A stretch of 64,000 nt of DNA, taken from Candidatus Kerfeldbacteria bacterium (lineage in GTDB: Bacteria > Patescibacteriota > Patescibacteriia > UBA10025 > JAHIVO01). Both the position numbers and the translations under genes were made by a program. Positions 47,751 to 56,686 of the stretch are shown here, piece after piece (positions within the stretch are counted from its first letter, which is position 1; the number at the start of each line of letters is the position of its first letter). The notes beneath the pieces were generated by a model. That model was given only the letters and a program-made list of their open reading frames with translations. It ran no database searches and was not told where the DNA came from. The stretch lies in contig JACROE010000002.1 of assembly GCA_016214565.1 (NCBI GenBank), positions 664,007-728,006 of the forward strand, given 5' to 3'.

Positions 47751-50714
47751 TTACTTGAGCAGCAGCATTTTCTTCGTTTCGACCGCGTCCTCCGTACGCA
47801 GCCGGTAGAAGTAAATGCCGGAGGCCTGTTTGTCGGCTTCCCACACAATGGTGTGATCGCCAGCAGGCAGGTCGCCGTCGACAAGCTTGGCAACACGCTG
47901 ACCCAGAATGTTGAAAACTTCCAGAGTCACATGCGAGGCATTCGGCAATGAATAGGAGATATTCGTCACCGGGTTGAAGGGATTGGGGTAGTTTTGGGAA
48001 AGAGAGAACGAAATGGGGAGTGATTCCGCATCGTCATCGACAGCACGCTTACCCATCGCAGAGAGGGCCGGATTGAAATTCCCTGCCACAATACCTCTGA
48101 CATGATTGGTTATGCCGTAGGCGGTAGCTTCCCACCACCCCTCAGAGTAGTGATCCATCGTAAAGGATGATCCGGTAGACAGGAACATGTGGAACCTGAC
48201 CCAGACTGTGCTGTAGGCGTAGGCCAACATCACGTCATCTAACCCGTCGCCATCGAAATCGCCGGCAGCAGCTTGTGCAACGTTAGTTGCTCCGTAGCTG
48301 CCCGGTGAAGTCCACCAACTGGCGTAATTAAACGCCGATCCGGTGGATTGCAGCACATGAAGACTGGTTGTAGTTGCGGCATCTGCGTGAGCAAACGCTA
48401 CGTCACATTCGCCATCGTCGTTGAAATCGCCGCCAACAGCCTGAGTGACATCGTTAATGTTGTAGTTGGTATTGGTATACCACGACTGCAAGGCAAAGGC
48501 AGTGCCAGATGACACAAGGACGTGAGAGCGGAACTGGTACTGGCCGTTCACCAGACCATAATCGTAGAAAAACACTAAGTCGCACTTACCGTCGCCCGTA
48601 TAGTCCCCGGCCACACAATGCCGAATGTTCTGGGCATTGTATGAGCCGGATGACGTCCACCATGACTGCAGGGAAAACGAGCTCCCTGTAGAGATGAGCA
48701 CGTGCGTTCGCGTTTGATAGCGGTCCACGACATATCCGTAGTCATATACGAGAACCACATCGCACTTACCGTCGCCATTGAAATCTCCGGCTTCGGCATG
48801 CACCACGTTCAGGGCGTTGTAGCCGCCGCTGGCAGCCCACCAGGCATCCTCGAATGAAAAGGACCCGCCCGTCGAGAGCCAGACTTGGACTCGCGCTTTC
48901 GGAGTTCCGCTTATGATCTTGTTCTGCACGACAGCAATGTCGTCGAACGAGTCACCGTCGAAATCCCCGGACATAACGTGCTCAACGCTATCCCCAGGGT
49001 ACTCCACGTTTGACCACCATCCGCCATCGCCTTGGTAGTTGAAGCCATCAGTGTTGGATAGCCACGTATGGACCCTGGTGTAGCTGGTGTAATCGTACAC
49101 CGAAGCGAGATCGCACCAGTCGTTTTGGCCACCACCCATGCCACCGCCAGCCCCGTAATATATGACATTTGGATCACATGGGTTGAGAGCGATAAATACC
49201 GGGTCCCCGGATTCGAAGATACGGTGTAAATCGTCACCACTCTTGAAGTCTTGACACCAACGATCAAAATCATCCTGAAAGCGGTCGGTAGTCGCACAAC
49301 CAAACTTACTTACACCGCCGTTAGCATCGTAGCGCGCCTTGATACTCCCATACAACCAATACGCTTCGTTAGTGGCACACTCATTGCCGCTCCAATTCTC
49401 TTGGTCGTACATGATCATTCCGGCGCCATCGGCACCTCCAGAAAAGTCCTGGATGAGGATGTTGCCTGAGAGAGTATGTACTCTACCATATGCAGCTGCG
49501 GGAGAAGTAACTGCATTACCGACGTCACGAGCCCCACCGTTTCTGTCATAGGCATCGGCGAAGAGATACGAATGTTGTCTTTCCCATACCTCACCGTCTG
49601 TCCAGCCTGGAGAACAACTAGTGTAGCAGTAAATTGAGCCATTCTGAATATATCCTTTCTGGAAGTCTTGTCTCCATACTCCAGAACCTTGAGCGGTTTC
49701 ATATGAATTCGTTAGGGGCATGCCCAAACAAGAATTCGGGCCACCTTCTCCGGAAGGGCCGTCACACGAAGTGCTGTTGTAGCAGTCACCTGTTGGGCAA
49801 CTCTTAGGTGGATTGAGATTGTCGAGATCGTCCTCAAGCTGATCCCAGATTTGCCACTTTTCCCACCCGACGACATAGGCGCGCCGAGCACCACCAAGTA
49901 CGTCGTAGACGATAGCCGCATCATCTGGACCGTTCAAATATAGAGCACGGTAGCAATTCTTGGCAGTGTTGTCTGCACTGTAGAGATTGGCCGGATTCTC
50001 TTGATTGTAATAATGGTACCAGCCAATTTCGTACAATGCGCCGGCAGGCGTTGCTTCATCTCCGAATGCTTGATCAGGAGTTTGAGTCCAACCGTATGGA
50101 TTGCGGTCGTTCAACCCGTTTTCCTTTCGGTATTCCACCGCATGACCAACAATGAACTCACTAGGAACATACCAGTTGTCCTGAGTACAGCCGTTGGCAT
50201 CGTAGCCAGCATACACCCAACCACCAGCACAAGAGGTCCCGGTCTGATAGCTGCCCTTATGAATACCAAAATGAACGTGTTCTCCCCAATGGCCGTTGTA
50301 GTTGTAAGTCGCGACGAATCCTATGAGCTGACCTCTATGCACCTCCTGACCTGGGGATACTGCAAGTGTGCTGGCATACATATGTCCGGTGATAGAAGTC
50401 ACATGTTCGGTTCCTGTGTAATGTTCGATGACTACAATACCACCATACCCGTAGCCTTGTTCGTCAGCAGATAGGCGAGCCTCCTTAACCTGTCCATTCG
50501 CACAAGCGAAGACGGGTGTACCAGCGGGCGCTGCCACATCTTCGCCCAGATGGTGTTCTGAAACGCAGGTGCCCCAGAAGTGGTTACAGCCTACACTCCA
50601 CTTTGAAAGTGGGAATTGAAATGTTGTTGCATCCTGGTATGCGTGAGCATCCGATGCCATAGCCAAAATAGCGACCACGGCAATTGCAACCATGCAAGAA
50701 ATTCGTGCACTCAT
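47751..50714 (-). CDS. Secreted 987-aa protein: M23 (LytM-like) peptidase, FG-GAP/VCBS repeats and a T9SS C-terminal sorting domain.
   Basis: Signal peptide. HLGEDVAAPAGTPV and GEHVHFGIH are the HxxxD and HxH motifs of M23. Repeated GDFDGDG, GDFNGDGKCDVV and GDYTGDGKCDLV blocks. The C-terminus is YPNPFNPVTNISYSL...VTLEVFNILGQRVAKL...GDHTIVW...SGIYFYRL...TKKMLLLK. Confidence 0.75.
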   Translation of the reverse strand: MSARISCMVAIAVVAILAMASDAHAYQDATTFQFPLSKWSVGCNHFWGTCVSEHHLGEDVAAPAGTPVFACANGQVKEARLSADEQGYGYGGIVVIEHYTGTEHVTSITGHMYASTLAVSPGQEVHRGQLIGFVATYNYNGHWGEHVHFGIHKGSYQTGTSCAGGWVYAGYDANGCTQDNWYVPSEFIVGHAVEYRKENGLNDRNPYGWTQTPDQAFGDEATPAGALYEIGWYHYYNQENPANLYSADNTAKNCYRALYLNGPDDAAIVYDVLGGARRAYVVGWEKWQIWDQLEDDLDNLNPPKSCPTGDCYNSTSCDGPSGEGGPNSCLGMPLTNSYETAQGSGVWRQDFQKGYIQNGSIYCYTSCSPGWTDGEVWERQHSYLFADAYDRNGGARDVGNAVTSPAAAYGRVHTLSGNILIQDFSGGADGAGMIMYDQENWSGNECATNEAYWLYGSIKARYDANGGVSKFGCATTDRFQDDFDRWCQDFKSGDDLHRIFESGDPVFIALNPCDPNVIYYGAGGGMGGGQNDWCDLASVYDYTSYTRVHTWLSNTDGFNYQGDGGWWSNVEYPGDSVEHVMSGDFDGDSFDDIAVVQNKIISGTPKARVQVWLSTGGSFSFEDAWWAASGGYNALNVVHAEAGDFNGDGKCDVVLVYDYGYVVDRYQTRTHVLISTGSSFSLQSWWTSSGSYNAQNIRHCVAGDYTGDGKCDLVFFYDYGLVNGQYQFRSHVLVSSGTAFALQSWYTNTNYNINDVTQAVGGDFNDDGECDVAFAHADAATTTSLHVLQSTGSAFNYASWWTSPGSYGATNVAQAAAGDFDGDGLDDVMLAYAYSTVWVRFHMFLSTGSSFTMDHYSEGWWEATAYGITNHVRGIVAGNFNPALSAMGKRAVDDDAESLPISFSLSQNYPNPFNPVTNISYSLPNASHVTLEVFNILGQRVAKLVDGDLPAGDHTIVWEADKQASGIYFYRLRTEDAVETKKMLLLK

Positions 50715-50783
50715 GGCACTCCTCCTTAAGGTTTGAATGTTTTGTCAATGTTCTATTTGATGAACACTAACACTGACTTTGGT

Positions 50784-51440
50784 TTACTTGGATTTTGAAA
50801 ACGAAGTCGCTACTGCCGAGAATTCTACATCAGCGGCGAGCGAGTTAAACACGTAGACAACAGTGTTCCTTGGGATGAGAACTTCTTCGAAGGCCAAACC
50901 TATTGTAGAATCATAGACAACTTTCGTGGCCGGAAGCCCGTCGATGACAAGCTGCTCGACTGATCGGACTTCTGTATATGGAGGGTCGGATTCGTTGATT
51001 GCATCTATTTCTTGCTCAATCGACCAGTCTTCTTTAACAGTTATAGCAGGCAACAGGGCCACATCAGATCGGTTTGTATCAAAGGCTATTTCGTATTGGT
51101 CATTTTCTTTCCCACCTTGTTGAGAAACCTGGTACGTCCATGTTTTCGGGTACTTAACGGTAAACCCGTACTCAATATTCTGATAGGTTAGCCAATCATT
51201 TGTCTCAACCACCAAATTGGTGTTTGACTCTGAATTACTATTCAATGCGGTGTTAATATTCCGATTAGCCTGCGCATTCACACTCTGATTTGATATTGAA
51301 TTCCCGTTATTCGTATTTGTCCCGTTATCGCGGGCAAAGAGGAAGTACGCCCCGACGCCGATGACGACTATTGCCAAAACGAGAGCGACCCACATCCCGG
51401 TCTTTGATCCACCGGCTGCAGGCTGGTTTACGTTGTCCAT
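50784..51440 (-). CDS. Hypothetical membrane-anchored protein with an Asn/Ser-rich linker.
   Basis: N-terminal TM helix followed by an NTNNGNSISNQSVNAQANRNINT low-complexity stretch. The gene looks AT-richer than its neighbours. Confidence 0.45.
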   Translation of the reverse strand: MDNVNQPAAGGSKTGMWVALVLAIVVIGVGAYFLFARDNGTNTNNGNSISNQSVNAQANRNINTALNSNSESNTNLVVETNDWLTYQNIEYGFTVKYPKTWTYQVSQQGGKENDQYEIAFDTNRSDVALLPAITVKEDWSIEQEIDAINESDPPYTEVRSVEQLVIDGLPATKVVYDSTIGLAFEEVLIPRNTVVYVFNSLAADVEFSAVATSFSKSK

Positions 51441-51811
51441 ATGAATTGTTGGATTAGCTAATCTTAGATATCCTTAGCCTCTCACACCCAGGATATCTGT
51501 CAATATCTCGCGCAAATGCGGATGATTCCCGCCAGGGGCACAAACTGTGGACAGAAGACGGTCTTGCCGGATTCGATCAGTTCGGGTAGGATACTCGTGC
51601 AGCGTGAACGACCTTCGAGAATCCCAATTTCCGAAATCAGTACCAGAGATACCCCAACGAAAGAGCAGGGATATTTTTTTACCCTAACCTTTCGGTTTTT
51701 CTTCGGGTTATCCCCAGGCCATTGCCTGAACCGGCAATTGAGGCATTTTCGCAAAGCGGGTACGCTGTCAAATGTCAGTCAAAACAAAAATCAAAAACAA
51801 AAATCATCAGT

Positions 51812-52096
51812 ATGTCCCGCAGCCGCCTGGACAATTCATTCCCGAACCAGATTCGGAGGTACCGACACCATCGGTCCCTCCGGTTGCGGGACGTGGCCGA
51901 CCTTTTGGAGTTGTCCTCCTGCAGCCCGATCTGGCACTGGGAACTTGGGCTGAGAACACCGAGTCTGGAATCAGCCCTGAAACTGTCCGCGCTGTTGCAG
52001 TGTCCGGTCGAGATTCTGTTTTCGCAGAAATTCAACGAGTTCAGGCACGAACTGTTCGAGCGGAAGAGAGAGTCGGGCAACCCAAAACTTTACTAA
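51812..52096 (+). CDS. XRE-family helix-turn-helix transcriptional regulator.
   Basis: SLRLRDVADLLELSSCSPIWHWELGLRTPSLESALKLSALLQCPVEILF. The start was chosen at the internal ATG at 51812. Confidence 0.6.
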   Translation: MSRSRLDNSFPNQIRRYRHHRSLRLRDVADLLELSSCSPIWHWELGLRTPSLESALKLSALLQCPVEILFSQKFNEFRHELFERKRESGNPKLY

Positions 52097-52118
52097 TTAG
52101 TCTAACAAAAACAAACAT

Positions 52119-52403
52119 ATGCCACAGGCATCAATGCGCGGGCAGTCGGGCAACTCCGACGCCGCGAAACCGGTCCCGTTCGTACCCAGAAACGAACGCG
52201 AGGAACTTGCCCTCGAAGTCGCAAGAACGCTCCGCGAGGAGCACCGCCTGCCCATCTATCTGGAATTGTGCAAGACGCACTCCGTCGAGGCCATCCGCAG
52301 AAGCCTCGATGAAGTAAAGCGGGTGCCCGAATCCAAGATTCGGAAATCCAAAGCAGCCTTATTCACTTACCTTTTGAAGAAACATGCCCAAGAACAGAAA
52401 TAG
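52119..52403 (+). CDS. Hypothetical 94-aa protein.
   Basis: ORF in good context between the XRE gene and the RuvC-like gene. It overlaps the next gene by 20 nt. Confidence 0.35.
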   Translation: MPQASMRGQSGNSDAAKPVPFVPRNEREELALEVARTLREEHRLPIYLELCKTHSVEAIRRSLDEVKRVPESKIRKSKAALFTYLLKKHAQEQK

Positions 52404-52911
52404 CATGCTGGCAATCGATCCCGGTACGAAGTACCTGGGCTATGCCGGATTCGTATCCGGGGAACTCTCGGACTACGGCGTGAAGTCGATCCGGCAAAAC
52501 GAAGGCGTGAAGGGAATACTCCTGGACCTTGACCGCATTTTCAGGAGAATGCTGGATGAGAAGCGACCAGGCGAACTGGTTATCGAACGCAATGCGTTCT
52601 CCCAGATTCGCAGCAATGTCCGGCTGACGCTTGCCGTCACACACTTAAAGAATCTGGCAGAAAAGCGACGGATCCGGGTATTTGAAGTCGACCCCCGGAC
52701 TGTCCGCAAGATCGTCTGCAAAGACGGCAATGCCACCAAGCGGGAAGTCGCCCGTACCTTAGCCATCCTGTACCCGGAACTCAAAGCCTATCTGGAATCC
52801 AACCGCCGCTGGCGGGTGGACTTCCACCAGAACGCCTTTGACGCAATAGCAGTCGGTCAGGCATTTCTCAAAATGAGCCGGACGTTTTCTGACCAACGGC
52901 CAAATTCATGA
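52384..52911 (+). CDS. RuvC/YqgF-like (RNase H fold) resolvase-family protein.
   Basis: N-terminus LAIDPGTKYLGYAGF with a catalytic Asp context. C-terminus DAIAVGQAF. Length 175 aa. Confidence 0.5.
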   Translation: MPKNRNSMLAIDPGTKYLGYAGFVSGELSDYGVKSIRQNEGVKGILLDLDRIFRRMLDEKRPGELVIERNAFSQIRSNVRLTLAVTHLKNLAEKRRIRVFEVDPRTVRKIVCKDGNATKREVARTLAILYPELKAYLESNRRWRVDFHQNAFDAIAVGQAFLKMSRTFSDQRPNS

Positions 52912-53051
52912 GGAACCCCCGAACCTTGAAAACCAGACGAACCCGCTCATTTGCGGGATTCGGGCGACAGCCCAAATGCGATATCTGCCGCCGCAAGATT
53001 GAGTACGGCAGTCTGTGCTACTACTGCCGTAAGAGACGAACTTCCTGAAGC

Positions 53052-53230
53052 AGGCACCGGCCTGACTACCGGTGCCTTAGGAAAGAGAGCCGCCCTGACT
53101 GGCGGCTCAAGGAGAAGATTAAGACGCCCCCGTTCGTCGGTCTGGCAGCGCTCCGTACTACTTTTCCCTTGTCGCAAACAGTCCTATGGGACTATTTTCT
53201 TACGTACAATTGTATTCCATGCAATTGTAC
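53052..53230. promoter_or_regulatory. Cluster of three perfect 8- to 9-bp inverted repeats in an ORF-poor GC-rich segment. Candidate oriT or origin.
   Basis: AGGCACCGG/CCGGTGCCT at 53052-53077, GAGCCGCC/GGCGGCTC at 53087-53108, GTACAATTG/CAATTGTAC at 53204-53230. Two loops contain CTGACT. The replication-relaxation gene follows. Confidence 0.35.
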
Positions 53231-53667
53231 GAGGGTAACACACTCTCCGCTATGGCGGACAGTGCATTACGCGGAAAAGTAGTTCGGGCTTGCCGCCCGA
53301 CTGCGCCCTGCTCTCTTCGGTCTGGCCTTGGCTGCTTCCGTGTGCGTCTAATAACCGGCACGGAGGCGTGACAGGTATGTCAGCAGCCAAGGGACCGCCC
53401 AGACCTCGACTGCGTCGCGGCGAACAACTATTAAGAGATTCGCCGCTCCTTGGCCTCGCCCGTCAACTAACGCTGCGGTGCGGGCTTCGGCGACCAGGAC
53501 GCAGTCGGGCGGCTCGAACCGCCAGCCGTTCAGTCATCGCCCTATTGGGCTCGACTTCTCGGGGCGGCCGTCCGGCTCTGCCGGACTTTCGGCCCCGACG
53601 AACGGGGGCGTGAAGAAGAGGAATATGGAAGGCCTGAAGGCCACTGAAGAATTTAGAAGAAGACACT

Positions 53668-54756
53668 ATGAGCAAACCCAGCGACAAGACCAGACTCTCG
53701 CGATACCGTCCGGATCGCAAGGCATTCCCGGATTTCCAACCCAGCGAGCGCCACCAGCGCATTCTGCTGCTGGTGCACGCGCACAGGTTCTTAGATACCG
53801 AACTATTGTGGCACCTGTTGCGCGTGTCGGAGTCGGAGACTCCGGCGCAGGGGGTAAAATCCGGGTTCGGAATGGAAGCGCTGTACAAGGCACTGCAGAA
53901 GATGTTCAACGCAGGGTATCTGAACCGGCACTTTTTGTATGACGTGCCCATCGGCAGAGGTAAGGGTACACCGCCGACGGTGTACGGTCTGGGCACGAAG
54001 AGCGCACGGTTGTTGTCTGAAGTCTTAGGGTGTTCGCCGCGTGACATACAGGACATTGTAGAAGCGAACAAAGTGAAGACGCCGTTCTTGAGGCACGCGC
54101 TTGAGATTGCACGATTCAGAGTGACGCTGGAACTTGCGTGCATGGCAAGCGGGGGTGAAAAGAAGTTGCTGTTCTGGGAACAGGGACAAGGTTTGAAAGA
54201 AACGGTCACGGCGTTTGACGCACAAGGAAACGAGCGCAAGTTCTCAGTGTATCCGGACGCGATGTTCGCGCTCGAATTGGAAGGCAAAGGTCGTGCGTGT
54301 TATTTCCTGGAAATAGACAGGGGTACCATGCCGATCCGCGCAACAACGGAGAGACCAGACCTTATTGGAAAATTCATCGGCTATCGGAAATTCCGTGAGA
54401 AGAAGATGATGGAGCGGAAGTTTGGTTACCGCGTGCTCGCGGACGGAACGGTAGCGGGGCTTGCGATAAATGAGAGACCGTTCGACGACGTGGAGCCGCC
54501 GAGCGGCGTGAAGCCGATTCCGGGATTCAATGTGTTATTCGTCATGCCCGGCTCGATTGACGTTGAAGGGAAACCAAAGGGTCGTATCCGCAATTGCCTT
54601 GCGGAACTAATGGCGCTCGGGGCAGCTTACTCCACATCGTCACTCTTTTGGTTCACGCCGCCTGAGTCGTACACCATTGAAGAACCGAAATCAATTCTGA
54701 AGAATATCTGGATCACATCGAATGCGGGGCAGGGCTTGCAGAGTCTTGTCGAATAA
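53668..54756 (+). CDS. Replication-relaxation (Replic_Relax) family protein.
   Basis: N-terminal winged-helix motif SERHQRILLLVHAHRFLDTELLWHLL. Length 362 aa. Confidence 0.6.
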   Translation: MSKPSDKTRLSRYRPDRKAFPDFQPSERHQRILLLVHAHRFLDTELLWHLLRVSESETPAQGVKSGFGMEALYKALQKMFNAGYLNRHFLYDVPIGRGKGTPPTVYGLGTKSARLLSEVLGCSPRDIQDIVEANKVKTPFLRHALEIARFRVTLELACMASGGEKKLLFWEQGQGLKETVTAFDAQGNERKFSVYPDAMFALELEGKGRACYFLEIDRGTMPIRATTERPDLIGKFIGYRKFREKKMMERKFGYRVLADGTVAGLAINERPFDDVEPPSGVKPIPGFNVLFVMPGSIDVEGKPKGRIRNCLAELMALGAAYSTSSLFWFTPPESYTIEEPKSILKNIWITSNAGQGLQSLVE

Positions 54757-55594
54757 CGACGGCAAGGCGTGCAGACCCGGCCACACACATCCCGCCGGTC
54801 CGTGAAAGCGCCTTAGCTGCGCAGTGAGCGCGGAGACGAATGGTCGGTGCCATTGGTATCCGGTGGATGTACTTGCACCGATTTGGAGTACGTCATACGC
54901 GGGATGGTGGGGCCTCAATGAATTTCTGGACGAGGTGAAAGAAAGACGTTGACGAATCGAAATCTTCAATGTATAGATTGACTGTAGGTCTGTGATTGTA
55001 ATCATCAAGAGCAACACAGAGTAAATGATTGAAACCCAAATTTAGAGGAGCTGTCGACGCCAAACTAATCGGCGACGACAGGTAAGCGCAGCTGGCGCTA
55101 TAAAACAGCAGCCGCCAAGCAAGGAAGAAGCCGCCCCGAGGACTGAGTTGGGCAGCGCAGCAGTAGCTATTTGCGTCATTGGATTTCAATGAAAGGAATC
55201 CGTGATGTCAGTAGTGGCTTGCATGCGCCGAATCAATGGTTCGGGTTTCTTTGTGCGTGCTGTTGTTTTTTTGTGTCTGATCCGGATTGTCTCAACGGTC
55301 GTCCGGTTTGGGTTTCGAAGATTTCGACAGATGTCCGCCCCCCATCCATTGGTTCACTAGACATTCTCAATCTTGGCTGCTAAGCAGGAAATGGGATATC
55401 CAACGATTCCCACTGATTGATTAGCGCCAAAAAAAGACCCCACCCAAGAGTGAATCTCCACGAGAGACAAAACACTCAATAGGTGGGGGGAGCCGCTGAA
55501 AGCGCGGCAAAGAAAAGAAAAATAGGACTCTTGCATCGTAGCACGATGTTCGGTCCTATGCAAAGGTCCATACTTTTGATGAGTAGGAGGCCCT

Positions 55595-55825
55595 ATGTGG
55601 CCATTACTGATTGGAATAGGCGCTGCGCTCATTGCGCAGGGCATCAGAGAAGGTGTCAAAGAACACCGAGAACAATCGAATCGTCAGCTTCCACCACCGC
55701 CTCCCCGCAGGCAGCTCCCGTCGCGCTCGCGACAGATGGCTTTACCTGACAAAAGGAGCGCATATCAGAACAGACGACTGCTCGAAATCGAGCAGCAGCT
55801 TGATGAACTGGAAGTAGAGGAATGA
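55595..55825 (+). CDS. Small membrane protein (76 aa) with a Pro-rich and coiled-coil tail.
   Basis: MWPLLIGIGAALIAQGI TM helix. It is the first gene of a translationally coupled operon leading to the ATPase. Confidence 0.35.
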   Translation: MWPLLIGIGAALIAQGIREGVKEHREQSNRQLPPPPPRRQLPSRSRQMALPDKRSAYQNRRLLEIEQQLDELEVEE

Positions 55826-55874
55826 AGTGCAAACGAAATGTTTGCAAACCAAACAACACTAATCAAGAATGTGA

Positions 55875-56090
55875 GTGAAAACGCATATGTCAGAGAATTC
55901 AACCAATGACTCCGGCACCGGCAAAAAGCCGGATGACGGAATGGGCTCGGTTTTCGCCGTAGCAATGTTGGCGCTTGCTGTCTTTGGCGCATACAAGTTG
56001 TTCAAGGGCGAACCCGAACGCAAAACTTTGAGCGACATCCGCGAGGATGATTTTCTCAGGGATCTGTACGGGGAGGACTATCTCAAATGA
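55875..56090 (+). CDS. Small membrane protein (71 aa).
   Basis: TM helix VFAVAMLALAVFGAY. Its stop overlaps the next start (ATGA). Confidence 0.35.
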   Translation: MKTHMSENSTNDSGTGKKPDDGMGSVFAVAMLALAVFGAYKLFKGEPERKTLSDIREDDFLRDLYGEDYLK

Positions 56091-56686
56091 ACCTTCCAGT
56101 CATACAACACAACGACGGTAGAGAGTTCCTGAAAGGAGGCTCTCTGGTGATGCTCCGGGCCGAAGCCCTGGACTGCATCAAGAACGACATGCGGCTGACG
56201 CCGCAGCTTAAGGTTGCGGCCATCCGTGAGCTCGACTTCCTGCTTGAATACGAACGCCTGCGGCGCGTTCGCATAGCGCACCGCAAGTTCAGGGAGGAAG
56301 AGCGAGAACTTGTCTACCAGGCACTGATCCGGCGACAGGAAGTCGTGAATCTCATCCGATTGGCGCAGGCGCAAACCGCCCGCGCCATCGAAGAGATCAA
56401 GCGGGACATTGCTCACTGGCGCATCGAAGTGAAAGTGCAGTTGCAGCGCCTTCGCCCAAAGGACGAGGTCCTGAAGCAGGCACGGAATGAAATCCTGAAA
56501 CTGAAACTAAAACACCGGTTGGAGCAAATGCGTGAGCAGGAGCTCCATCGCAGCCTCGAAGAACAAACGCTGAAACGCGCTGCTCTAATGGGAAAGGTCC
56601 AGAGGGATTTCCCCGATCTTGCTGAGGAGCTAGTTGAGCGTTATGACCAGATGGCGTATCAGTCATCAGGAGGGAGTCAGTCATGA
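56087..56686 (+). CDS. Coiled-coil hypothetical protein (199 aa).
   Basis: Charged, heptad-rich sequence. ATGA overlaps on both sides. Confidence 0.4.
   Translation: MNLPVIQHNDGREFLKGGSLVMLRAEALDCIKNDMRLTPQLKVAAIRELDFLLEYERLRRVRIAHRKFREEERELVYQALIRRQEVVNLIRLAQAQTARAIEEIKRDIAHWRIEVKVQLQRLRPKDEVLKQARNEILKLKLKHRLEQMREQELHRSLEEQTLKRAALMGKVQRDFPDLAEELVERYDQMAYQSSGGSQS

Noticed and set aside
53463-54287. 274-aa minus-strand ORF and other overlapping ORFs (52951-53238, 53290-53613, 53478-53942).
   Set aside because: They lie antisense to or overlap the Replic_Relax gene in very GC-rich DNA, where long spurious ORFs are expected. Their composition is Arg/Ala/Ser-rich.
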